DNA from: Basidiobolus meristosporus CBS 931.73
Taxonomy: Eukaryota > Fungi > Basidiobolomycota
Length of the DNA stretch: 64,000 nucleotides
Direction: 5' to 3'
NCBI GenBank assembly: GCA_002104905.1
Contig: MCFE01000047.1
Coordinates: 62,001 to 126,000, forward strand
Below are positions 38,001 to 51,110 of this stretch, in pieces (the stretch's first letter is position 1; each line of letters opens with the position of its first letter). The position numbers were made by a program, and so were the translations under genes. Under the pieces are notes generated by a model. It was not told the origin of the DNA. It searched no databases and saw only the letters and a program-made list of their open reading frames with translations.

Positions 38001-39792
38001 TGTAAGGTGTCTTGCTCACTGGAGGGCTATCTCTTGTGTCAATGGCACAATACACGTCTCTGACTGGTGGTAGGCTTACAAGCTCATCTGGAAACACATC
38101 TGTATATTTCTTCAAGAGAGTCTGGACCTGCTGGGGTAGAGGAATCCTCCTGTAATACTACCATGAGGAACATCTGGGTACCTTTTCTAAATGCTCTACA
38201 GAACTGGGTCTTGCTAAGGTCACTTGTCTCACACATACTGGAATTGACCAAGTTGAAATCCAGCCTGGCAGGTAATAGCTCATAGGTCTTGTTGTCTTTT
38301 TGGATCTGAGTAGCATGTGTTCTCCAGTTGACTGATGGATTACAACAAAATAGCCAGGTTTTTCCAAGTACAAGGTCAAACTTGCAGTTCCCAAATATAT
38401 AAGCCTCTAGGTCTTCATCATAGTCAGTGATCCTCATTCTTACTGGCTGGGTAATATGGTTAATTATGTGAGAGTTCCCATCAGCTGTGGAGACTGAAGT
38501 TGATTTGGTAGGTTCTGAGTTGATTCCAGCTTTCAAGGCAAATTGTTCTGACATGTACTCTTGTGATGATCCTGAGTCATTCATGATTTTGGCAGGTACT
38601 CCATTGATTACTCCATTTAAGTACAATAACTTCCCTGAGTTTGAGGTCATTTGGGACAGGTACTCTTCTGTCATATGAAAGGTGAGTTCCAAGTCTTCTT
38701 CAAGCTCATCCTCCACATTACTGTGTTGATGGGACTCAATATGGTTGAAGCTTCTTGTTGGCTGGAGTCCATTTCTTCTCTGGGGGGAGTACTCTGAGAT
38801 GTGTCCTTGCTGGTGGCAATTGAAACAAAGTCCTTTCTTCCTGCATTCTTCTGAGGTGGGGTTCTTCTGCATAGTGTCTATTCCCATTGGTACTGCTTCT
38901 GACTGTCTTCTTTCATATTGATTGTAGCCTTTCTGATTAGTCACTGTAGGCTTCCCAGCTCCTAACATAGCTGAGTCATGGTCAATGGCAATCCTGATGG
39001 CTTCTTCAATAGTCTGAGGGCCTTGATAATTTGCTTCCTTGCATAGCTGCAGACCTGATCTTGTTGTGGTACCACTGTAAAGCTGCATCTGCCAGGTAAG
39101 AAGCTGCATAATGTAACTTGCTTTCTGGAGCAATTCCTTTAGCCTTGAAAGCTTCTTCAATCTGAAAGAGCCAAGTTCCCAGGTTTTTGTTGACTCTGTC
39201 ATGGTACCAGTTGACCTTCACACTAAAGTTGCTCTTCACAGGGCTTTGCTGGCTCTGAGCCATGGTAGTCTTTCCTTGTTGCTGTTGGCTGAGGATCTGG
39301 AGTAACTGTTGCTGTTGGGCCAGGATTTGCTGCATGGCATTCTTCCATTCTTGATTGTCCATCATCTTGAGGGTGGTTTCTTCTTTCTTCAGGAGGGAGG
39401 TTTCTGGTTATTGATGCTACCAATGTTACAAGTCTTGGTATAAGAGTTGTAGAGGAATAGGAAGTTTAGCTAGTATTGTATTCACTAAAACTTGAACTGA
39501 TTTTTATTGAGGTTCCAGCAGCTCCTTATATACATTTTGCCAGATCATTTGCTGACTAATTTTATTTCCTAATGTAGGCTGTGGCTGCTGACTCATTTGA
39601 TTGCATAATCATCACCCAATTAGATTCTACTTAATATAACTATTTCTGTCTGATAAGGATCTGCTAACTCATCTGCTGACTAATACTACTGATTTGAAAG
39701 ATAACACTGATGTACTGATAGGCTAAAGATAAAGCTAATTGATTCAACTAAAAACTGATCTAACTTAAACATTCAAGCGGTAGATCATAACA
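35093..39792 (-). mobile_element. Full-length, defective Ty3/gypsy retrotransposon
   Basis: LTRs 35093-35460 and 39424-39792 (~95% identical by eye), PBS TGGTAGCA, gag with CCHC relic, DSG protease, RT (YLDN), RNase H, integrase with GPF/Y, PPT ctgggggagaa, 4-bp TSD CATC/CAAC. Confidence 0.95.
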
Positions 39793-40075
39793 CAACTACA
39801 GTGATAATGCACATTAGTCAGCATGCAATTGCAGCAAAGCTGGCAAGCCTGGCCAGAATATGGAGTGAACTGAAATAATAAACAATCACAACTGACAATG
39901 ATAGTTGGAGCAGAGTCTGTATGCTGGAAGCAATGCTTTTGCAATTTGACAATTTACATAAGCTGATGATCAAGTTATTGTGGGGCATATCAAGCTAAAT
40001 GCACCCTTTGAAATACCAAAAATTTGAAAAAACTGGCCGGTTGTTGTAGAATACGCACTTTGAAAGTACTTCTTA

Positions 40076-40445
40076 TGTTGTAATTTAAGAAGTTATTTAG
40101 ATATAAGGAAAGTATCAAGAAGTAGTGATAATAGTTGAACTGTTGTTTATTAATAAAGAAGCTCAGTATTTATACCTTTGTAGAAGTAATACAGCTGTAA
40201 CACTAAGTAAGGAGGGTTTCTCAATATTTTAAGAGCATTCTGTGACAGTTTCAGTGTTAGTACATAATGGTTAGTAATAGTGCTAATTTGATCCTGACTA
40301 TAAGGGAATAATCATAAGATCATCAAGCTGAAGAAAGTGGCAAAGTTAGAGCTGTAAATTAGTCCCACACTGACCAAGACTAGTCCAGAGTTGTTGAGTA
40401 AGCTCTTAGCTGCAGAATAATACCAAATAGTCCAATATTTCAACA
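40076..40445. mobile_element. Solo LTR, family C
   Basis: TGTTG...CAACA; candidate TSD TCTTA/ACTTA. Confidence 0.85.
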
Positions 40446-40681
40446 ACTTACCTGGTTTATTTAATATTCCCCACAAAAAAACCTAATAAAAGCCCAGCAA
40501 AAAACATTCTGACATTGGCCAAACTATATGTTTCTCAAAAATGATGACTGTCAAAATCTCAGGTGCTAGCTGATGTGCAGGCAAGCAAACATACCCCCAT
40601 GGAGAAGGCTAGGCCAACTAGCTTCCATATCAAATTTGGTATCTGCCTACTAATTTTATCAAAATTGCCAATGAACATTTG

Positions 40682-41009
40682 TGTTATGATCTGTAGCTTG
40701 AATGTTTAAGTTAGACCAGTTTATAATCAAATCAATTAGCCTTTTGGTCTGGCCTATCAGTATATCGGTCTTAACTATTGGATCAGCAGTATTAGTCAGC
40801 AGATGAATCAGCAGATCCTTATCTTACAGAAATAGATAAACTAAGTGTAATATAATATGGTGATAATGCTGCAATTAGTTGATTCATCAGCCACAGCCTA
40901 CATTAGGAAATACTACTGGAACCTCAATAAGGATCAGTCCAAGTTTTAGTGATTCAATATCAGCTACACTCCCTATTCCTCCACAACTTTTATATCAAGA
41001 CATGTTACA
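40682..41009 (+). mobile_element. Solo LTR of the gypsy family at 35093
   Basis: Reverse-complement homolog of the 35093 LTR with an internal deletion; perfect 4-bp TSD TTTG/TTTG. Confidence 0.85.
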
Positions 41010-41842
41010 TTTGTAACAAAAGCATATGCTGAATACCAGCAGAAAATCAGCTAAAAGTCAGATGAATTCTAATCTTGAATCTTCATGGCCATATGCAACA
41101 TTACAAATACAAGGACCAGGCCAGCTAAATGTATAGTTACTCAAATGGCCTTCTGACACAGCTTCTGTGCAGACTGCATTGGAAGAATGGAGAGCTGTAT
41201 GTTGGCAATATAAAAATATTTATCCAGAAGTGGATAACCAAGCCAACTTGGTACATATACAGGTTTTATGTGAGGACCTTGTCACAGGATATGAGCTGCT
41301 ATACTATAAGCATTAAGCTGGAAGTGTAGATGTCTGTTGGCATTGCATCAGTTCTCTTTTCCACATTGCATGGCATTTAGGGAGATGGGAAAACAAGTCA
41401 AGTTGCAACCACTATCAAATCCCAATTTGTTCAGAAATTTGCCTATAGGTCTTTCATGGATATGATGAGATGGCAGACAAAGGCTTAAGATTGCATTGTG
41501 ATGGTGTTTTGCTGATTATACTGCTAAATAGGTAGGTATTCCTAACTGAGTTTAGGCAGTCCATTGATGGAATCTGAATGGCACTATGATGGTCCTGTTA
41601 CAGCCTTCACTTAGTAGTGAATAGCTAACGAGCTAGTAGATGAAAATGTCTTATATGAAAAAAAACCTGACAGTATTTTGACAGCCTTGATACAAGCATT
41701 GTTGAATAGTTAGGAGCCCACGTAATATTAATATATTTTGAACTAGCACCTAGATGAATGATGTAATTTAGAATATTAACTTAGAAATTAGTGAGGTACA
41801 AAATCTTAGAACAGTGTGAGACTTGTCCAAATGAGCTGAAAC

Positions 41843-42191
41843 TGTTGTAATATTAGAGAGATATATTGGAAGTGAATTGGAGAATTAGAAGATTTACATG
41901 ATATTCACTTTATGTTTTGTTGAGTTGCAACACAGTATTTATACCTATTGCAGAACTACGTAAATGCAACTATTTGGTCATTATTAGGGGAGTCTCAGGA
42001 GTACATGTGCCAAGTTTCGGCTCATTTGGACAAGTTTCAGATTTTCCTAAAATTCTGTACTTCTCTGATTCCTAATAATTAGTAAATATCTTACAAACTA
42101 ATTTTCATGTTGATAATCTGAAATATATCATTTCACTAAGTGCTAGTTCATAATATATTAATAATTAGGCGGACTCCTAATTATTTCAACA
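41843..42191 (-). mobile_element. Solo LTR, family B
   Basis: TGTTG...CAACA with perfect TSD GAAAC/GAAAC. Confidence 0.92.
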
Positions 42192-42199
42192 GAAACTTG

Positions 42200-45100
42200 G
42201 CAAATATAATCCTGAGACTGCCCTGTTAATGGCTAAGTAGTTACATCAATGTAGTTCTGCAATTCCATAAATACTCTGTTGCAACTTAATAAATCTACCA
42301 GTGACTATCATGTAAATCTTCTAATTCTCTGTTTCACTTTTAATATCTCTCTAAAATCTCTACAGACATCTGTTGGCATTATGCTGGTGTTATGGAGGTC
42401 TACAGCTAGTACTGCACAATGCTACTATACCAACTTACCAAATGGTATTTCCTTTTGGTTCCTCCCCTTTCACCATCCAAATACTTATTGTACACTTACA
42501 CCAACTAACTAGCTTACCCACTACTGCTACAGGTATCCTCATATAGCTAAAATAAAAAAATGGCCTCCTGCTTACTAACCTCCACATATGCATGCACACA
42601 TTTCAGTTGGAACACTTTTATTCACTTAACTTTATGGCATTTTGGTGAGACACTTGCAAAGTTGCAAAATACCTTGTTTTGCAGGCAACATATACATTGT
42701 GCAAACATATGCTTGGTTGCTGTCACACTACGTAATCAGCAAATTCCTTCTCTAAGCTGAACTCCAGTCCATTTTAAAGGGACATTTCCTGGTATCTCAC
42801 AGGGCCTATTTAGCTTGATATGCCTCATGTCCAACTTGATCAGTGGCGCTCGGAAATTGCTGAAGTGCAAATGGATTGTTCTCAGCTGAAAGCTTTTGTG
42901 CTGGCAGATTCCGGTATCATTAGTATCACTGGTTTGAGATTAATAATGTATTCTAGTAAATGACTTATTGCTGGCCAGCTTTGCTGCAAGTGTATGCTGA
43001 CCTCTGTATGTTCTCTCTATGGCAAGATGATACATGCTGTTAGAGAATTTTGACCCAGCTTTTTGTGGAATTGATGGAGCAATTTTTGTTTACAATCTTA
43101 GTATAAGTCCTCACAGCATCAATTATATCTAGTCACAAGATTCAACTTCTGTGATTGCCTTTTGACAAGATCTTCACAATTATTTCTAATAGGGACAGCT
43201 AAGTAACACAAGGGTGGATTGGATACAACAAGCAACAAATTTCTATAAAGGCAACCTTACTAAAATATGCTTACATATGGTGTTTGCATGTACTGGCTGG
43301 CTGGGTCCACCCATATCAGTATTACACCAAAATATCTTGAAATCAGTATCATTTGTTGAAATATTAGACTATTTGGTGTCTTTCAGCAGCTAAAAATCAA
43401 CTTCAAAGCTCCAGACTAGTCTTGCTTATTGTAGAACAAGTTATGTTGTTTGAAAAGAGTGGCCTTTGTCTTTGAAAAAGACACAAACAGAAGAGCAAGG
43501 TCATATGTCAAGGAGGTCATGTTGGACAAATTTCAAATTATGAAATGTGCAGGAGGATGAAGCTCTGAGAAAATGAGTAATCCCTGCAAGCAGTGCTGAT
43601 CATTAAGGAGCATACTACATGATACATGTGTTAATGCTATGATCCTTGCCATCACAACATGAAGGAGCTATGCTGAAGATCCACACACCTGGATGTGGAT
43701 CAGACTATTTCAGTCAATGAAGTACCTACATTCCTATAGCAAATTTACACAAGTCTTTAGCCACCCAAAATGAAATTGATGCGCAAGCACTTTAGAGCTG
43801 CCTGTCACCCCAGATTAGAGTTCAAAATGCAGACAAATGAATGGATTTGCTTGACCATATTCTGAGGATCAGAATGACATATAATACTTATATAATTAGC
43901 CATTAAGCTGAGCATGTAGATATCTGCCACTACTGCTTCAATTCTCTACTCCATCTTGCTTGCTGTGTAGAGAGTGCTGAGCCTTTTTTAATCTATTGGA
44001 AGTTTCCTATTGAGCAGGTGTGTAGGAAAGCAAGTCAGTGCTAGTACTACCATATCCTAATCTCATTAAGAATATTACCTTCAAGTCCATCATGGATGTG
44101 ATGAGCTGGCATAATGAAGACAGGCAGGAAGAGTGGGAAAATACTGAGGACTGATGTGCACATGGAGACACTTATGTCCTCTGCATCAAGAAGTTAAGTT
44201 GCCCCAATGCATGGGTACTCAGTCAAGTATTGCATGGTTGAGGTAGCCAAAACAAGCCACTAATCTTACTAGGACAACTTTACCAAAGTCTGCAGGGTAT
44301 CTCTTGGGCACAAGCCAATATTTACATCATTCAGTGCTGAATCTACACAAACAAGTGCCCAAGTGCACCTACAGGGATGGCTGGGACCCAGCAAGGAGAT
44401 GGGATATATTGGCTAAATACCCAAAGGTTCTTTGCAGATATTCAGGAGGTATTCATGGCAAAAGTGGCAGCAACCAATCATATGCTTGCTAGATGTATAT
44501 GCTACCCCTCATGAAAAATAATGGTGATGATCATGTAAAATGACCATGACAATATTAAAGTCCTGTGGCCAATAGGTACTGATCCTGTCAGGTCACCATG
44601 CAAAGACTGTTGAGAAAGAATTGCACCCCAGATTTCACAAAAAACTTGATCAAAATTTCATTACAACAGTACACAAGTGGCTTCTGATTGGTCCTCTGCT
44701 AATACTCTCACTTTCTGATCTCAAATACTCAGTGGCCTTCTATGTTTGTGCACCTTGATTAGCTATTGCCTCTTTTTACACTCCTTACTTCCTGACTTAA
44801 CCAAATCTCTTACTTCTCATGCATATAAATCAATTTGTTTTTGTTGAAATTTCAGTTCTTGCTCAATTGCCAGCCATATTGACCCATACAAGTTCCTACA
44901 CCCAACACTAACATTAAGCCTAACTGCACACTCAACAAGTAACACCATTAATATTCACCACTTAATAAGTAATTATGCTGTAATTCCCTTTTTACATGAC
45001 TTAAGCAGGAACCCTGTGGCTCTATGGCAATGTTTGTTTACAGGTTTCCATGTGTCCTGGTCCTCAGCTGGCACTGCAAGGTCTAGCACCACATCTACCA

Positions 45101-46550
45101 GTCTTTGCAATAAATTCTTGCAATATTCAAGTAATTTTTCTTTAGTACTGCTCTTCACAATGTGCTGCACACTCTTGGTGTTTCTATCAATGTTACAAAA
45201 CTGTACTGAAGGCATTGTGATAACCTTATGAGTTCTTAACAATGTTACTTTGTGTGTCAGTGTGATCTCAACTCCATCAATTATGAAGGATGTGGAGGCT
45301 GTGGTAGACAAATTACCGTTCTCTGCAAAATTAAGCAGGAACCCTGTGGCTTTATGCCACTATTCATTCACTGGCTCCCATTTGTCCAAATCTGCACTCT
45401 ATGAAAAATAATCTGGTCCCATGGGTGGATCCAATCCGGATTGGCTGTCAGGATCCCATTGAAAGGCCATCATAATGCCAGCAGCTTGGAATTAGTGACC
45501 CTCTTAACAATCTTCAACTGGATCACAATGGTGTCTAGCTAATTTTCCTACCAAATAAAGTGATAAAACTTGACAGGGATTGATTGGTGCTGTAAAAATA
45601 ATTGCATGGTATTGTTGCAGTCATTTTGTGCTCTACAAATATTGTAAATGGATCCAACCAGCCAGGACACCTAATTGCTTCATATGGCAAGAAATGTGAC
45701 GGTATTTTGATGAGCTTGATGCAAAACTCCAATGGCATTATATGGGCAGTATGGCGGCCTACAGCTGGCTCTGTATAGTGCCACAGTACCAACTTACCAA
45801 ATGGTATTTCCTTTTTCTACCTCCCCTTGTGCAATTCATGTATTCCACTGTAGAATTGCCCCTCTTGATTTGCTTACCAACTACCATTGTGGATACTCCA
45901 CATGTAGTTTGAATCCAAAAAAACTATGGCCTCCTGCTTACTACCCTCTACAAACATGCACACCTGGTGCAATTGACATATTTCTATTACCTTAACTTTA
46001 CAGCTTTTGAGTGTGATACTTTCAAAGTTGCCATATACCTTGTACTGCTAGTAACATACATATCTTGCAGACATATGCTTGGTTGTTGCCACTTCTTCCT
46101 TGAACACCTCTGGAATATCTGCAAAGAACTTCTTAGTATTTAGCCAATATATTCCTTCTCCCTGCTGGATTCTAGTCCCCCTTATATGTGCACCCTGGCT
46201 CTTGTTTGTGCAAATTCTGTATTGAATGGTGTAGAAGGTGGCTTGTGACCAAGAGAAAACTGGCATAGCTTGGTAGAGTTTCCTAGTAAAAATTAATTCT
46301 TGTTGCACCCAACCTAACTTTATATTACTGAACTGATTACCCACACATTGGGGCTGCTTAGCTTCTTAATGCAATAGGCACAGATGTGTTCATGTGCAAA
46401 TTTGTTTTTAGTACTTTCCAACTCTTCCTGGCTGTCCTCCATGTGCCAACTCATCACATCCATGAAAGACTTGAAGATAATATTCTTGATAAGATTGGGA
46501 TATGGTGGTACCTGTGACTTGACTTGTCTTCCTATCTCCCCACATAAGAA
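42200..46550. repeat. Fragments of unclassified decayed repeat 'V' in both orientations
   Basis: 42380-42740 resembles 45750-46100; 44040-44500 resembles inverted 46050-46520; 42880-43200 resembles 12950-13270 and inverted 39810-39900. Confidence 0.55.
44620..45380 (-). repeat. Second copy of the Y part of element Z-Y
   Basis: EYCKNLLQRLVDVVLDLAVPAEDQDTWKPVN matches the 31400-32040 repeats; DNA homology extends to ~32430. Confidence 0.75.
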
Positions 46551-47532
46551 ACTTGCTGATGGTCAGGTGTAATGGCAGATGCAGGAACAACTTGATGTGA
46601 ATGCATGGCCCTTAGCTGAGTTTGAAATGATACTGCTTGTTGACTCAACTCGGCTTGCTCAAATGGCAAGTTCTGGTGGTTTTACTCTGAATCATGCGTG
46701 TTGACCCAACATGCATTGACTCTATGTGGGGTGCTCTTGTGAAGGGTGCCGGCATAGTTTGGACTGACATGTGCTGGCACGCTGAAGTTGCAAGCAATGG
46801 TAAGGAATCCAGCAGGGCATGCTGGCATGATCTAGATGCTGTTGCTTGCAGTCTGTATTCTTCCACTTGAAGCTCACCTGCTGATTCCTCAAGGTATTCA
46901 CTTATGCTCTGTCTGATACCTAGAGACTGTTGCCTGGATGAGTCCTGTGTATGTTGCTCTTGAAACCCACTTAGCTCTACTTATGTATCAAGTAATACAT
47001 TAGTCATCTGAGGCCAAAACTCATTCAAAATCTCTTTGGTTCCCAAAGTCAAGGCATAAACAGACATGTCTGGCCCATACTAGCAAACTGCACACAAAAT
47101 TGTTCCCATGCAGCTTCCTCATTAAATCCCCTCACTCTCAGCTCATTCTTGATATCAATACTTGTCTTGTTATATGGCTTCTTATATGCATCTGCTTGCA
47201 TCTTTGATATATAACTCATGCCACAGCTTTCTACTCAGGTTCATCCATCTCTGTTGACTCTCCAAGGTATCTAGTTCTGCTAAATTAATGAGTAGTGCCC
47301 AAATATCTGTATAAAGGCTCATCATAGACATTTGGGCCATACTGAAATCATTTGGCAAGAACTCAAATGGATCCAATATTGACTTTTCCAGTCCAGACCA
47401 AACTTGTGAGCTGGGGGATGGGTTTTGTTTGGGTTGTACCAAAGTTGAGTTGAGACTTGGTATAGGGACCATAGTGACAGATTTAGATCCCTATACAGTA
47501 GTGTATTGGTATCCCCCTGGTTGTATATGAAA
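46548..47532 (-). pseudogene. Decayed ORF 'W', copy 1 (resumes at 51594-52040 after the MITE insertion)
   Basis: Colinear with 48825-50640; relic peptide MVPIPSLNS...RWMNLSRKLWHE...ISEYLEESAGELQ. Confidence 0.65.
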
Positions 47533-47783
47533 TAGACTTGTTCCATTGGATAATACCACATTGAGACGTGAGTGCCAAATGATGCATTAGTGCGTCAGGG
47601 AGGCCAAGTGAACCTATACTTGGCCACAGAGTGTAAAGCATAGCTCTGCATCCTCATGCAAAGCAGCCCCTGTGTTTCACCCATTGTGTTGGAGAAAATC
47701 CATTTTTTGACCATTTTTTTGGTCAATGTTGTGCAGGATGTATCAGAGCACAAAGCAATTGAAGATATGCATCTGGTACATAA

Positions 47784-50700
47784 TAGACTTCTTCCATTGT
47801 ACTGTGCCAGGGTGTGCAGCGCAATCTGTGGTCTTAAAGAGCAATTAGGTGCAATATTGTAGCTACCAGTAGGCAGGATCACTCTTGGACAATTTTGTAC
47901 TATGTGGGACAATCTTGAACACTATGGCACAATCTGACACAATGAGGTTGGCACAAATGATTGCGCCCACTTGTAATGTTTGCACCATGTGCACAATTGG
48001 ATACCGCTATTGTGGTAGGTAAATTCCGGTATATGGATATGTGTCTTTAATGTAAATGGAAATAAATGCGTATCACACTATAAACTACACTGATACTTAC
48101 CATTTTGGTTACCATCACTCCAATTGGATGATATCTCATGGGCTAATTGGTCTAAAAGTATCCTGAAGCTTTCAGCCCCCAATTGGCTCTTTGCCCAATA
48201 AACAAGCTACCTGATTTGCCATTAAATATCCCATTTTGCCCATTAAGCAAGTAAATCCCTGATCCTAGTGAGTGGACAAGGTGTCATAGCTATCACGCAA
48301 CTGTTTGTATGGGTGCAAATTGAATCAAATGGCTGCACTGGTGCCACAGATGATGTATACATATGCAGGGTGTTTATTTATAGGGGTCCTGTCTTAAATG
48401 TGAGACAACCTTAATAATACTTATATCAAAAATTTAGTGACCACTGATTTGCAATGGCTCAATGTGGATTGCAAAAAAAATGCATTGTTTGAATCATTAC
48501 AAATAACAGCAATTCAATGTGATTGCATCATCTTCTCCTAGGCTTTTTTCTCACAGGGATTACTACTGAAGCATTTAGTATTGATTCACTTTGCACACCT
48601 AAACTACTTTCTTGTTGACTATCCTCTTGGCTACTTGTGTATTTGTAGTCAGTATTTTGCCTCCTAGTTGATGAGTGCAATGCTGCAGCTTGGCTGCACT
48701 GAATTGCTCTGGATGATGCAACTGAGCTGGCCTGCAGTGCTATGCACTGATGCATTCTTTTACTTGCCAAAGGCTCTGGTTGTGGAGGCACTTCATGGGG
48801 TCATCATCAGTCAGTTCACCAGAAGAAACTTGCTGATGGTCAGGTGTAATGGCATGTGCAGATGCAACTTGATGCGCTGACATGGTCTTTGGCTGAGTTC
48901 AATGTGGTGCTGCTTGTTGATGTGACTTGGCCCACTGTGGTGGTGTAGAGGTACTCCTGGGAGAAGCTACACAACTCAAGGTGTGTGAGGTGTCTGATGG
49001 GTGCAATAACCTCTGGGTCTAAACTGCTGGTGTCTTTGTCAATATGTCACTTTGGTAAAAGCTCCTGCATCTCTAGCTTCCTAGGTGCTCCAAGTGTCTC
49101 CAAAGGCCCCTGTGTGTCTTATGCACTACCCTGAAAAGCTCCTTGATGGCAGGTCTGAGATGTACTGTTGAAGGCAGATGCAGTGATCAACTGCTAATCA
49201 ATAAGGTAGAAGTGTTACTGATAGAAGGGATGATTTATTGAGGAGGGATTACTTTCCCTTAAATACTTTTCCTGATTGCCAAGTGATTACTAATGACAAG
49301 GTTCTAGAAGATTCTAGGTATCAGTGGAATTCTTGATAACATCACTATGAGCTAAAAATATACCAAGAATGTCCTGGAAGGTTCTAAAAGGCACAGCACA
49401 TTCAACCAATCAGGAATCAGTAGTCTGAAACCTGTGCAACATAGAAATACCATATATAGTATTGAAATGGTAGGGATGGTAACACAGACCTAGGTTATGT
49501 GTCATGGGTACTGATACAGGTACTTGCCTTATGTAGATACATATACTGATCACAAAGCTGAATAACATCTGGGATAACTAATGCTAATAACTAATCAGGG
49601 TAATCATCATATGGGGATAACACTGATAATATGGGCAACAGAAGAATGGGATAATACTGATAAGATAAAATATGGAGAAGTATATCAAAATGACTATGTG
49701 AATTAGCTTGTCTGTGGGAGGTATGTTTACCCTACCACACTGCTCCAATGGAGTTGTGTCTCTTTGAGCAGTTTGGCAGGTTCTGGTGGTTTAGCTCTGA
49801 AGCGCATCCGTTGACCCAATACATGTTGAGTCAATGTGGGGCACTCTTGTGAAGGGTGTTGGCGTAGTTTGGACTGTCGTGCACCAGCATGCTGCAGTTG
49901 CAAGGGATGGTAAGGAATCCAGCAAGGCGTGCTGGCACAATCCAGACAATGTTACTTGCAGTCTGTATTCTTCCTCTTGAAGCTCACCTGCTGATTCCTC
50001 AAGGTATTCACTTACCCTCTGTCTAATACTTTGCAACTGTTGCCTGGATGAGTCCTGTGTAAATTGCTCTCAGAAGCCACTTAGCTCTACTAATATATCA
50101 TGTAATACATTAGTCATTTGAGGCAAAAACTCATTCAAAGTCTCTTTGGTTCCTAAAGTTGAGGCACAAACAGATGCGTCCAGCCCATACTGAGCAAATT
50201 GCGCGTGGAAACATCCCTATGTGGCTTCCTCATCAAATCCCCTCACTCTCAGCTCATTCTTGATTTCAATACTTGTCCTGTTATATGGTTTCTTACATAC
50301 ATCTACTGGCATCTTGATGTAGAACTCATGCCACAGCTTTCTACTCAGGTTCATCCATCTCTGTTGACTGCAAGGTATCTAGTTCTGCTAGATTAATGAG
50401 TAGTGCCCAAATATCTGTATGAAGGCTCATCATAGCCACTTGGGCTATACTGAAAGCATTTGGCAAGAACTCAAAGGGATCCAACATTGCCTTTTCTGGT
50501 CCGCACCGTGCTTGTGAGCTGGGGGATGGGTTTTGTCTGGGTTGAACTAAAGATGAGTTGAGACTTGGTATAGGGACCATAGTGATGGATTTGGATACTT
50601 ATACAGTGGTGTATTGGCATCAACCTGGTCTTATATGAAATATATATGAAAACTAATATGATTGTTGAATTTTACATATATTATGCATGATGCATCTTAG

Positions 50701-51110
50701 ATCATATTGACACAGATCAGATCACATCAATTGCAGATTACCTGTTTGATTATAGACTTGTGAGTAAAACATCCGTAAAAATACCTGGTCATTGTTTGAG
50801 GATGATTTTTACATAATGATGGGATACATAGCAATTGATGGAGATATAATTATAATGCATACAAAATCAGATAAATAAAGCTGATCATGCTAAATTGATT
50901 TGTATCACATTGGCCTGTTGATCTACAAATTTTAATATGACTTACTCATCTGAATGGTCTTTTCTCATCAATCCCATCACTACCACTAGATTTCCTTTTG
51001 GCACACTAGAGGAGATCTATACCAAGTACTGTGGTTCATCTACCACAATCTTCTCAAGGAGATCCCTTGTTAAGCTTCACTATGTGGCACTATCCAACAG
51101 AACAAGACTA
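47784..51110. mobile_element. Nested ~3.3-kb non-autonomous family-T element carrying ORF W copy 2
   Basis: TA-GACTTCTTCCATTG at 47784 and tggcactatccaacagaacaagac-TA at 51085-51110; the outer MITE arms rejoin when it is removed. Confidence 0.72.
48936..49739. mobile_element. Solo LTR, family G variant, inserted in W copy 2
   Basis: TGTGGTGG...ACCACA; the second half is homologous to 22200-22760; flanks CCAC/CTGC can both derive from a CCGC TSD. Confidence 0.82.

Noticed and set aside
40446-40455. ACTTACCTGG as a U1 snRNA gene
   Set aside because: Only the 10-nt 5' motif matches; no U1 stem-loops or Sm site follow, and it abuts an LTR.
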